From Candidatus Thorarchaeota archaeon (GTDB taxonomy: Archaea > Asgardarchaeota > Thorarchaeia > Thorarchaeales > Thorarchaeaceae), in contig JAWAQK010000019.1 of NCBI GenBank assembly GCA_038893995.1, positions 1 through 24,000 on the forward strand: a DNA stretch of 24,000 nt, read 5' to 3'. The notes beneath the pieces are model-generated. The model saw only the letters and a list, made by a program, of their open reading frames with translations. It was not told the origin of the DNA and ran no database searches. Below are positions 15,278 to 24,000 of the stretch, piece after piece (the stretch's first letter is position 1; the number at the start of each line of letters is the position of its first letter). Position numbers and translations under genes: made by a program.

Positions 15278-17062
15278 TCAGTCGGATGTGACTTCTGGCT
15301 CACGTCGCTCGTAGTCGCCCTCGCCCTCGACCATCACTGTCAGCTTCTTCTTGTCGCCTGGGTTCATTCTGTTCCAGACCCAACTGAGGGTTGTGCCTGT
15401 GGGCGACTGGGTGACCTTTGGTTCCTCCTCACTGGGGTCAGTCCGGATATACTTGAAGCCTGGTGGTATCCAGTCAGTCAATGTGACATTCTCTACCGTG
15501 ACCTCTCCCTTGTTCTCTGCCATTAGAACTACTACGTACTGTCGGGCCTCAGCTCCCCTGTTGATCGCCTTCTTGGCAGATATTGCACGCTTCCTGTATA
15601 TCACACCTAGCTTGTGTCCGTCGGGTTCGCTGTAGGCCTCAGCTGCAAGTCCAGCTGGATGAGGCTTCGCATAGCAGTGGATGGGACTTGGATACTGTTT
15701 CTCCGGTCTGTTCCTCCAGGCCATGATTGCGTAATTGATCTTCAGGTCCTGCCCGGGCTTCAGCCCACCCACCGAGTCGATCAGCTTCGGCACCTGCACT
15801 ATCAGCTTGTGTGGGACTGAGGGATCCTGGCCCTCTGGTTCAATCTCAACTGCAGTCTGGCCCGTGTACTTCTGACCACCCACAAATACCGATACATGTT
15901 CGCTCTTCGGCGGCATCACGTCATCGGGGAGATTGTCTTCGACCACCACCTCGTCAATGTCAGCTGTTCCCGTGTTGGTAACCACAACATCGACCTCTAC
16001 GGGTGTCTTGTCCATGCTGTTCACTTCTGGTGGGTCAAAGGTCTTTGTATAGTCTATCTTCACGACAGGGATCTTCTGATCCTCTTTCTCAATCCGGCCT
16101 AGCACTCTTCTCGTGATAGTTCGGGTGGGAGTGCATGTCACTTCGTGGGTACACTTGGGAGGCGACTTGCTCTCCACCTCAAACTTGGTGCTCCAGCTCT
16201 CTCCGGGCCCAAGTTCTACCCTCGGAGACTCATCGATCATCTTCTTCTTCTCGCCACCCTCCTCCGGCGTCAGGAACACCTCGGCATGGTCCAGTCTGAT
16301 CACGAACTCGCTCTCGTTGGAACACTCGAGCGTGCAGACCCAGTGGTTAGGCATGGCCTCGGCAGTCTCGATACCGGTCAGAAAGTCGGTCAGTGCGGTC
16401 AGGTCCGGCTTCAGACTCGAACGCTGTTGATCTTCAGCACGATATGTGACCACTATGGAGCCGGCATTCTTTACTCCCGGATCCTCCACCCTTGCAACTG
16501 CTGTGACCTGCAACACAGTCTCCTCATGGGGATAGATGAGGAAATCGTTCCATATGATCTGCCTAGTGTTGGGATCAAACTCTGCCTTCCCTGACTGGGC
16601 GCTCTCAATCTTGACGTCAGTGAGTTCAGGAGGAATGGCCTTGTTCAGGACGATGGCCTCCAGATTACCATCACTCTCGTTTCTGAGGCTTATCGTCATT
16701 CTGACCCTGTTGTCCTTTCCGAACACATACGCATTCCTGACGTCTTCCGCAGCTACCTCACACGCGTCGTAAGTTTCCCTGAGTGTCAGCAGCGGTCTGT
16801 CGATCTTGGTCTGATATTCCGTACTCCATACCTTGCCGACCTCTATCTCGCCAGCTGGAATGGAGTCCTGTGTGATGGTGGTGCCGTCGCGCGATCCTGC
16901 AACATGAACCACCACGTTCCATATTCTGTTGCTGTTGGAGATGTTCTTGACGCTCATCACACATGACGTCTGTGTGCTGAGCAGCTCACTGTGTTCACCG
17001 AGTCGGGCACTCTCTGACTCTTCTAGGTCGATGATCACAGTCTTCTTCTCTGTCACCCACAT
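15278..17062 (-). CDS. Large multi-domain protein with Ig-like/DUF11-like beta-sandwich repeats, no apparent signal peptide or TM segment
   Basis: 594 aa. Segments such as VEVDVVVTNTGTADIDEVVVEDNLPDDV, VVVLMAENKGEVTVENVTLTDWIPPGFKYI and LSWVWNRMNPGDKKKLTVMVEGEG are typical DUF11/CARDB-like. Confidence 0.8.
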   Translation of the reverse strand: MWVTEKKTVIIDLEESESARLGEHSELLSTQTSCVMSVKNISNSNRIWNVVVHVAGSRDGTTITQDSIPAGEIEVGKVWSTEYQTKIDRPLLTLRETYDACEVAAEDVRNAYVFGKDNRVRMTISLRNESDGNLEAIVLNKAIPPELTDVKIESAQSGKAEFDPNTRQIIWNDFLIYPHEETVLQVTAVARVEDPGVKNAGSIVVTYRAEDQQRSSLKPDLTALTDFLTGIETAEAMPNHWVCTLECSNESEFVIRLDHAEVFLTPEEGGEKKKMIDESPRVELGPGESWSTKFEVESKSPPKCTHEVTCTPTRTITRRVLGRIEKEDQKIPVVKIDYTKTFDPPEVNSMDKTPVEVDVVVTNTGTADIDEVVVEDNLPDDVMPPKSEHVSVFVGGQKYTGQTAVEIEPEGQDPSVPHKLIVQVPKLIDSVGGLKPGQDLKINYAIMAWRNRPEKQYPSPIHCYAKPHPAGLAAEAYSEPDGHKLGVIYRKRAISAKKAINRGAEARQYVVVLMAENKGEVTVENVTLTDWIPPGFKYIRTDPSEEEPKVTQSPTGTTLSWVWNRMNPGDKKKLTVMVEGEGDYERREPEVTSD

Positions 17063-17131
17063 TCACCCACCTATCTTCTAATCCTCCCGAGTTGACTGAC
17101 GGCTCGTCTGGAAACTACTCTCACGGGTGTC

Positions 17132-17836
17132 TCATGACACCTGATACCGGAACTCGTTGCCAGCTGCCCATGTGACTTCAGCCACCTTTCCCACGTCCAT
17201 GGGCAGGGGTATGGAGCCCGGGGCAAATTGATCCACGTAGCGGACAAACCTGGCCAGCTGTTCTGGCTCGTACCACCTCATCGGTATTACGAGTCGGGGT
17301 CTTGCATCGACACAGAGACTCACTGCGTCTTTCACTGGAAACACACCATCGCCACCTATCGGTGTGATGAGTATCTCGGCCTCCAACTGGCCAAATGGTC
17401 CACGTATTGTTGTGTCTCCCAAGTAGGAGATACGCATTCGCCCCATCTCAATATAGAGTCCCAGATTCTCTATCTTGTCTTGACTTGCTGGCATTCCCCG
17501 CTTCAGTGGGTGCGGGGTTATCTTTAGTCCTGGGATCTCGTATGGTGTTTCAGCCGCAAGTTCATGTAGCAACCACGGCTTTCCCCCCTGCTTTCTCACC
17601 TTCTCTATGGTGGTCGCGTTACCGAGTATCCATGCCTTCGAGTTGTCAGCTATCTTGGCAGCATTTCCGAGAGCATCATCGAGATGGTTTGTTACCACGA
17701 TTATTCTGACGTCAAAGTCATCAGGAACGACCGGGGTCCCATCCCAGATGCCCGGATTGAGCAACACGGATGTGTCTTTTGACTCAAGAGCAAATGACGT
17801 ACGACCAAGATACCTGATCCTTAGCATTCCTCGCAC
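17132..17836 (-). CDS. Metallo-beta-lactamase-fold protein (UlaG/UPF0173-like) with degenerate active site
   Basis: RIRYLGRTSFALESKDTSVLLNPG, VVTNHLDDALGNAAKIA, ISYLGDTTIRG, ILITPIGGDGVFPVKDAVSLCVDARPRLVIPMRWY follow the UlaG-like layout. Confidence 0.85.
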   Translation of the reverse strand: MRGMLRIRYLGRTSFALESKDTSVLLNPGIWDGTPVVPDDFDVRIIVVTNHLDDALGNAAKIADNSKAWILGNATTIEKVRKQGGKPWLLHELAAETPYEIPGLKITPHPLKRGMPASQDKIENLGLYIEMGRMRISYLGDTTIRGPFGQLEAEILITPIGGDGVFPVKDAVSLCVDARPRLVIPMRWYEPEQLARFVRYVDQFAPGSIPLPMDVGKVAEVTWAAGNEFRYQVS

Positions 17837-18002
17837 CCCGTGATGAGTAGATCCCGTGAGCCGACTGCCAGACTGTTCCTATGCTTCGTTGCATTTAAGC
17901 AAATTGGGCATGATTCGAATAAGACTCAACCATGCTGAGCGAAAATCTTTTCATCATCAATATGACTCGTACGGTAGTCCAAGGGACGGGCAGAGGAGTG
18001 CA

Positions 18003-19292
18003 ATGCTGGAGAGATTCCTCAGTGATAGCTTTCGGAGGCTTGTGAAGGCAACCCTGAAGGACGCAGAGGCGTTTCTCAGGGCGAAGGAATCCGAAGACTT
18101 CTCAAGGGACAGGCAGAGGATCCGGGACGAGTTACTGTGCCAGGTCGAAACGCTTCCGAATGATGCCCGCCTTGCCGAGGACTACCTGGTCGCAGCCGTA
18201 GACGGCTCCGGTCATGAGCGGCTCCTTGCCAGAGATGATCTCCGGTTCCACCTGCTCAGTACTGCGACGGTCTACCTTGACAGTAACACCCGGAATGGTG
18301 TCCCGTTTCAACCAGTTCCTCGCGACCAGCTGGAGTCTGCCATTGGGGAGCAGCCCTCTCTGGATATTCACTGGCACTCGGGCACTCGTCAGGACACATT
18401 GACCAAGGTGGCAGAGTCAATTCAGTCGATATACTCAGGCCGGTCTCCGAATGAACTCATTGCCCAGTTCCTCGAGGAGAGGCGGTCCTCCAATTCTCGG
18501 TCGTCGGGTGTCAGCGAGACGCGACGTGTGGGACATCTGGAGCGACCAGATACGATGGAGGACCTGATATCTCGACCTTGGTCGTTGAGTCACTCCATGA
18601 TTCACGACGAGTTGCGTAGGGTGTCTGAGCTGGCAGCCGCACGAAGGGCTATCATGAGCACAATGAAGCCCAAGTATCTCATGCTAGATGGTTCGATGAG
18701 TGTGTTTCTCGATCCCCACGACAAGCTCCCTCTGATGCCCAGTGGCTTCATGCTACGAGAGTTGTCCTCTCTCGCGAGAAAGGAGAATGTGATCTTGTGC
18801 GCTGTGAGTAAGAGACACACCATCCCCTTTGCCCACAAGATTGCCCAGCTGGCTGCGGATCGGTTCGGCAAGAACAGCAAGTGGTTCTGCTTTCTCCCTG
18901 GCAATGAGGACCCTGGCGGAGTGCTCCATATCTACGAGGAGCATGCATATATCCCTCCTTATCTCGCAGTTCCCTATCTCTTCAGCTTCTCAGCGACAAA
19001 CAGACCATCCAGAATAGACTTTGACAGGTTGTGGTGGAAGAAGAACATCTTCGTGGAGGGTGATGCCGACGCAACGCGCGAGAACGAAATGAGTCTGTTC
19101 AGGGACCTGGAGTTCATGTCGAGAGACGCCCGTTGGTATGGCTACCCAGTAGCACTCGCCCTGGCACATGAGACCTGCAAGGTGAGCTTCAGCGATATCC
19201 AGCTGGCCCGCGAGATATGCTCAGACGTGCTCCACGAGCTCGGACTCGATTCGAGGATAGCAAATGAACCACGAGAAGACTATGGATTGTAG
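18003..19292 (+). CDS. nurA: NurA 5'-3' nuclease
   Basis: VAAVDGSGHERLLARDDLRFHLLSTA metal-binding motif, KYLMLDGSM, LCAVSKRHT, C-terminal AREICSDVLHELGLDSRI; adjacent to herA. ATG 18003 follows GAGGAG; the track start at 17856 is too far upstream. Confidence 0.88.
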   Translation: MLERFLSDSFRRLVKATLKDAEAFLRAKESEDFSRDRQRIRDELLCQVETLPNDARLAEDYLVAAVDGSGHERLLARDDLRFHLLSTATVYLDSNTRNGVPFQPVPRDQLESAIGEQPSLDIHWHSGTRQDTLTKVAESIQSIYSGRSPNELIAQFLEERRSSNSRSSGVSETRRVGHLERPDTMEDLISRPWSLSHSMIHDELRRVSELAAARRAIMSTMKPKYLMLDGSMSVFLDPHDKLPLMPSGFMLRELSSLARKENVILCAVSKRHTIPFAHKIAQLAADRFGKNSKWFCFLPGNEDPGGVLHIYEEHAYIPPYLAVPYLFSFSATNRPSRIDFDRLWWKKNIFVEGDADATRENEMSLFRDLEFMSRDARWYGYPVALALAHETCKVSFSDIQLAREICSDVLHELGLDSRIANEPREDYGL

Positions 19293-19307
19293 GAGTGTGT
19301 TCAACTG

Positions 19308-21056
19308 TTGATAGACCCTGACTCACTGGGCGAGAGATTCGGAAAAGTCAGTGTGGGCGACCATCATCTGCTCGGTATCATAGGCCGGAACCGAGACATC
19401 AGCGTTGGTGAGATCTTTCAGATACATTCGGTGAAGGATTCCTGCGAGCGTGTGTTCTTCTTCAGGGCGCTGGGAATAGAGCATTACATTCGACGAGTCG
19501 ACGACATCTCCAGGGTTGCCAGTTCACTCCTGGTTGAGGGTGACTCGTACCTCTCAGGCATCGATAGAAACATGCTTCTGGCTGTTCATGGGAAGATGCT
19601 GGGTTACGCGGAAGAGGTCGATGGGAAATGGGTCTTCAGGGCGCCTAGGCGTCTACCTGATCACCTGGCCGACGTATACCGACCCATTCCTGGGAAGTCT
19701 GACAACATAGTTCGAGACCTACTGGCATCTCAGACAGCAGGAGAGCTCTATGTTGGAGACCTACAAGTCGGGGAGTCCACACTTGATGTCCCTGTCTGCA
19801 TTCCAGCCAAGTACCTCCCCATGCACGTCGGGGTGTTTGGTTCTACAGGGGCGGGCAAGAGCAACCTCATGATGGTACTCATCAAGTCAATGATCGACAA
19901 CAATCTTGAGTGCCTGAGGAGGACCAGTGACGATCGTACCAGAGTCTCGGCGTTCTGCATAGACCCTCATGACGAGTTTGCAAAGGGTATTGATCATTAC
20001 GGTATTCAGAGCATAGTCGAGGCACTCGACCAGGACACGAGGTCTGAGGTCATTGGTGACTTCTACTACCTCACACCGCACCTCAAGGCCACGCCGAGAG
20101 AGATCAGACGGTATGCCCGCGAGATTCGCATTCGCTGGGAGGAGATCCTGCCGCACGACATGTACTCAATTGGTGACTATGCTCCGCAGATGTCGATCTT
20201 CATCGACACGATGTATGCACAGCACAAAGAGCTCTGGATAGAGCGGATCCTCGAGTCCGAAGAGATGGAAGGTACTCCCAAGGGCACAGTCGAGGCTGTC
20301 AAGAGAAGACTCTCCTTCCTCGAGAGATCGTCTGTCTTCGTCAGGTCCGGTGACTCTGTGCTTGATGAGATATTCGCCGCGCTCGAGTCTGGACGTGTCC
20401 TGGTGGTGAACACCAGTCTTCTCAGCGACCAGGAACAGTTCTTGCTCACGACAGTCGTCACTCGTACCGTATCCGACTTCCGGAGAGCACTGAAGAGCAG
20501 CGGCAACCTTGACGACTTTGAACAGCAGGGAAGGATGCGACTTCCCAAACCATTCTTCGAGCGCAACAAGGAACGGGCAAAATCATTCTACGGCCGAGGT
20601 AAGACTGGTGACTCACCTGTCCGTGACCCTCGAGAACTACCGGTGATATTGATCACTGTCGAAGAGGCTCCCTCGATCCTCAATCCTGTGTTGATGCAGG
20701 GTCAGTCAGTGTTCAAGGACATCTCGCGTCAGGGTCGTAAGTTCAATATTGGACTCCTCGTTGTGAGTCAACAGGTCAGCGTGCTCGACAACGTAATTCT
20801 CAGTCAGATGAATACGGAACTGAATCTTCGCCTGGGCAACGAGCATGAGATCCGTGCCTGCATAGAGAATGCAAGTTGCAACATCAGTGGCTTCGAGGAG
20901 GAGTTCAGGGTCATGGGTCGGGGCGAGGCCTTGCTCACGGCATCATATCGAGAGACCCCTGTCCCTGTCAAGATTCCGAAGTTTGACGACCTGTTTGTCA
21001 AGGATTCAGGCCGGTACAGCACCACCAGAAGACGAACCGAGAAACATACGTTGTGA
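19308..21056 (+). CDS. herA: HerA bipolar DNA helicase/translocase
   Basis: HVGVFGSTGAGKSNLMMVLIKSMI Walker A, LPVILITVEEAPSILN Walker B region, GLLVVSQQVSVLDNVILSQMNTELNLRLGN sensor region. TTG start. Confidence 0.92.
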   Translation: MIDPDSLGERFGKVSVGDHHLLGIIGRNRDISVGEIFQIHSVKDSCERVFFFRALGIEHYIRRVDDISRVASSLLVEGDSYLSGIDRNMLLAVHGKMLGYAEEVDGKWVFRAPRRLPDHLADVYRPIPGKSDNIVRDLLASQTAGELYVGDLQVGESTLDVPVCIPAKYLPMHVGVFGSTGAGKSNLMMVLIKSMIDNNLECLRRTSDDRTRVSAFCIDPHDEFAKGIDHYGIQSIVEALDQDTRSEVIGDFYYLTPHLKATPREIRRYAREIRIRWEEILPHDMYSIGDYAPQMSIFIDTMYAQHKELWIERILESEEMEGTPKGTVEAVKRRLSFLERSSVFVRSGDSVLDEIFAALESGRVLVVNTSLLSDQEQFLLTTVVTRTVSDFRRALKSSGNLDDFEQQGRMRLPKPFFERNKERAKSFYGRGKTGDSPVRDPRELPVILITVEEAPSILNPVLMQGQSVFKDISRQGRKFNIGLLVVSQQVSVLDNVILSQMNTELNLRLGNEHEIRACIENASCNISGFEEEFRVMGRGEALLTASYRETPVPVKIPKFDDLFVKDSGRYSTTRRRTEKHTL

Positions 21057-22378
21057 GGTATTTCAGATTGTCTGTAAGGATTGTACATCTGTCTGACACT
21101 CATCTGGGTGCAAGCCCAAGGGATGGTGTTCGCTCAAACGCATGGGCTGAGGACAATCGAGTGAGGCTGATCGAGAACGACTTCTACGAGCGGTTCAGAG
21201 AGGTATTTGCTGAGATAGCGCGCATAGACCCTCCTCCCGACCTTGTGATTCATTCGGGTGACCTATACGACTCTCCCTATGACAAGAATCCGTTTCCTCC
21301 TCCCACAGTGGCCGAGACCGTCGCTGTACAGGTGATACGATCCTTCACCGAGGAGACTGGAATACCCGTACTCATAATCGATGGCAACCACGGTATCTAT
21401 AGAAGTCTTGATGTGTCCATGCTTGAGGTGCTTCAAGCATCGATTCCGCAGCTCAGGGTTGCCACACGACTACAACTCAAGGATGCGCTGCGGAATGACC
21501 GGCCCCTGAAGTTCGAGTATGAACACCTTGATGTCTTCTGCTTTCCATTCATGGAGCTATCTGTGCTAAAAAGTGCTGACATGTTGAACCAGCTGAGAGA
21601 CTGGATAACTTCATGTCAGGCACCGAGAGGAAACCGTATCTCTGTAGCCGTAGCTCACGGAATGAAGATCGATGAGACATTGTTTGATGAGATATTCTCG
21701 ATGGGCTACGACTACATTGCTCTCGGACACGACCACATCCAGCACCAGCACTCTGACAGGGCTTGGTATGCAGGATCGACTGAGAGGTGGCGTTTCGACG
21801 AGGCCTCACATCAGAAGGGGTTTCTCATCGTGGACCTCGAGAAGGGCAAGACTCCCGTCGTAACGCCGCATCACCTGAGGTTTGCTCGGCCAGTGCTGAA
21901 TGCCAGGCTGAGGATTGAGCCCGATGACACTATTGAGTCGGTGCGACAGAGAGTCATCGAGTGGCTAGACAAGTCTGTGCCAAGATCAGGTAAGGATCCC
22001 AGTGTTTCAGCACGGATACGTCTGGTGCTCAGCGGCACATCTCCGCTCGTTGACCCGAGCGAGCTCAACTCAATGTTGGCATCGCTGAGGGTCAACCTGT
22101 TTGGCGACTCATCAGAATTCAATGTATGCCAATTCGTGTGGTCCGTCGAATCCGTCGAGACAGAGCATGTGGCCCATGCGTATCCCGAGATCATTTCGGA
22201 GTATCTCATTGAGGATCCCGCCAGTGAGTTTTCCCAGTACCTTGAATCGTTGAAATTAGAGCCAGGGTTCGATTCCCGACTGCTGACCCGTATCGCAGTC
22301 AAGGCACTTGAACGTGCAGTCCAGTCTCACGCACAGAAGCTGGTCTTGGAAGATCTGCTGGAGGATGATGGATCTTGA
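21053..22378 (+). CDS. mre11: Mre11 DNA repair nuclease
   Basis: VRIVHLSDTHLGASP, LVIHSGDLYDSPYD, IDGNHGIYRS, VAVAHGM, YIALGHDHIQHQH. GTG at 21053 overlaps the herA stop (GTGA). Confidence 0.95.
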   Translation: MRYFRLSVRIVHLSDTHLGASPRDGVRSNAWAEDNRVRLIENDFYERFREVFAEIARIDPPPDLVIHSGDLYDSPYDKNPFPPPTVAETVAVQVIRSFTEETGIPVLIIDGNHGIYRSLDVSMLEVLQASIPQLRVATRLQLKDALRNDRPLKFEYEHLDVFCFPFMELSVLKSADMLNQLRDWITSCQAPRGNRISVAVAHGMKIDETLFDEIFSMGYDYIALGHDHIQHQHSDRAWYAGSTERWRFDEASHQKGFLIVDLEKGKTPVVTPHHLRFARPVLNARLRIEPDDTIESVRQRVIEWLDKSVPRSGKDPSVSARIRLVLSGTSPLVDPSELNSMLASLRVNLFGDSSEFNVCQFVWSVESVETEHVAHAYPEIISEYLIEDPASEFSQYLESLKLEPGFDSRLLTRIAVKALERAVQSHAQKLVLEDLLEDDGS

Positions 22379-24000
22379 GAATTCTCAGGCTCGAGATCAA
22401 GAACTTCAAACCATACGAGGATCTCGTCCTACCAGAAGAGGGCGAGCTCCCAACGGGGCTCATACTCGTCAGTGGTCCCAACTCCACTGGAAAGTCCTCC
22501 CTGTTCGAAGCCATACTGTGGGCGCTCTGGGGGGCTGAATCGCTCGACCTCAAGAACGATGATCTTGTCAACTTCTCTTCCACATTCTGCCGAGTTGTAG
22601 TTGTCTTCGAAGTCGGTGGAGTCGTGTACAAGATTGACCGCAGCTATGACGCCGCACAGGGCCCTGCTGTTGTGCTCTACGAGAAGAGGGGATCCGACGT
22701 TGGCTGGAAGCGTATTGCAGAGAAGTCTCATACGGTCAAGAGGAGTGTTGAGGAGATCCTGGGCATCGAATGGACTCAGGCACGTAACACGCTACTCGTG
22801 AAACAGGGAGAGGTTGCGTCGATCGCCAGTGCTACCCCCTCTGACCTAAGAGACCTTCTGGTCAAGGTGTACAACATTGAAGTGTTGGAAACAATGACTA
22901 ACCACCTCGACAGTCTCGAGTCTGACCTGTCCGCACGACTAGACGAGATCAGTGCCAAGTATCGGCCTCCAGAGTCAGTCCAGGCACAGATAGATGATGC
23001 TCGTCGGAGGATCACGGGCCACGAGAAGGACCGTTCGAGAGCACAGGAGCAGCTAGAGAACTATCAGAAGGAGATGGCGCGGCTTCCCTCAGTCGAACTG
23101 CTATCGAGGGTGCGCGAGTTGGCTGAGGCCGAAAGGCGGGGCAAGCGCGACCTCGAACGACTGAATGAGCAGTTTGAGAGGCTCCTGAAGAGGGCAGGAA
23201 TCGTGGACTCATCTGAGAAGGTCATACGCGCCAGACGCGAGTATCTGGTCCAGGAAGAACAGCGTCTGAAGACGAAGATCGAGGAGGTCGATGAGGAGCG
23301 CGGGACAGTAGACCAGGAGATCGGATCGCTGGCAGGACTGGCTGGGGATCTGACCAAGAAGATCGATCTACTACGGTCTGTTGACACTACACAGCCAGAC
23401 GCAGTCGTGAGGTGTCCTACCTGCTCGAAGCCACTGACACCTGATGAATTGGAATCGATACTGTCTGATTACACACAGCGGCTGGAAGACTACAATGAGC
23501 GACATGACAGTCTCACACTGAAGAAACGTGAGCTGTCGGACACCTACTCGAAGTGCTCAGATCAACTGTCCATGGTAACCAAGGCACTTGAGGCGACCTT
23601 GGTGGTCCACGAACACTATGAGCAGGTGAGGGCGGCCAACGAATCATATAGAGAAACAGTGCAACAACTGAGCGAGGAACTTGCTAAGATCGGATTTGCG
23701 TCTCTGGACGATATGCTAAGGTCCTACAAGAAGCGCGACATTGGCGAGATCGTGGAGTACATCTCCGGACTGAACGACAAGTTGGAGCTCCTCAGAAACA
23801 GTATTGAGTCTGCGCAGGAGAAGATCGATCAGGAGAAGTCAGTCATCTCGCGGCTTGAAGCCGAGCTTGCACAGATGCGCAAGCTGAAGGCGCAGATGGA
23901 TGAACTCAAGAGACTTGATTCCCACTGCAAATATCTGCGTCTGAAGCTGGTCCGCGGATTCATAGCCGACCATATCTTCCAGAAACGTCTGATTGGAATA
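22375..24000 (+). CDS. rad50: Rad50 ATPase, 5' portion (runs off the right edge; not in the supplied ORF track)
   Basis: TTG at 22375 overlaps the mre11 stop (TTGA). Translation begins LRILRLEIKNFKPYEDLVLPEEG..LILVSGPNSTGKSSLFEAILWALWG; Q-loop LLVKQGEVASI; coiled-coil; zinc hook CPTCSKPLTPDEL at about 23413-23451. Confidence 0.95.
   Translation, partial: MRILRLEIKNFKPYEDLVLPEEGELPTGLILVSGPNSTGKSSLFEAILWALWGAESLDLKNDDLVNFSSTFCRVVVVFEVGGVVYKIDRSYDAAQGPAVVLYEKRGSDVGWKRIAEKSHTVKRSVEEILGIEWTQARNTLLVKQGEVASIASATPSDLRDLLVKVYNIEVLETMTNHLDSLESDLSARLDEISAKYRPPESVQAQIDDARRRITGHEKDRSRAQEQLENYQKEMARLPSVELLSRVRELAEAERRGKRDLERLNEQFERLLKRAGIVDSSEKVIRARREYLVQEEQRLKTKIEEVDEERGTVDQEIGSLAGLAGDLTKKIDLLRSVDTTQPDAVVRCPTCSKPLTPDELESILSDYTQRLEDYNERHDSLTLKKRELSDTYSKCSDQLSMVTKALEATLVVHEHYEQVRAANESYRETVQQLSEELAKIGFASLDDMLRSYKKRDIGEIVEYISGLNDKLELLRNSIESAQEKIDQEKSVISRLEAELAQMRKLKAQMDELKRLDSHCKYLRLKLVRGFIADHIFQKRLIGI

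Noticed and set aside
15614-16772. Plus-strand ORFs opposite the Ig-like protein (up to 149 aa)
   Set aside because: Antisense shadow ORFs; the minus strand encodes one uninterrupted 594-aa protein with consistent domain pattern.
19516-21103. Antisense and alternate-frame ORFs opposite herA
   Set aside because: Shadow ORFs of a gene with clear Walker motifs; no independent support.

Overview
The window reads as an archaeal chromosome segment. Supporting evidence: bulge-helix-bulge (BHB) type tRNA introns, ArcS/RaSEA archaeosine genes, and a NurA-HerA-Mre11-Rad50 cluster. An Asgard/Thorarchaeota-like origin is possible but I cannot demonstrate it. Left edge: the leader-distal end of a CRISPR array (31-nt repeats, last repeat degenerate, array truncated by the window start, no cas genes visible). 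Then, left to right: parvulin PPIase (-), RHH regulator, acidic-linker protein, archaeal triosephosphate isomerase, DUF89 protein, NIF3-like protein (-), an inverted-repeat-rich intergenic region, an RHH-type DNA-binding protein, two near-identical tRNA-Arg genes each apparently interrupted by two introns (D-loop and anticodon loop), an M24-fold protein lacking recognisable metal ligands, gamma-carbonic-anhydrase-like protein (-), thioredoxin (-), a MrfA/Hrq1-like DUF1998 helicase, arcS, raSEA, a small hypothetical, a large apparently cytosolic Ig-like/DUF11-like protein (-), an MBL-fold protein with its metal ligands replaced (-), and nurA-herA-mre11-rad50 (rad50 runs off the right edge and is absent from the supplied ORF track). 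I did not find a convincing complete new defence system. The strongest unusual signals are the double-intron tRNA-Arg pair, the two degenerate-enzyme-fold proteins, the cytosolic Ig-like protein, the hairpin-bearing end of the CRISPR array, and structured intergenic sequences.
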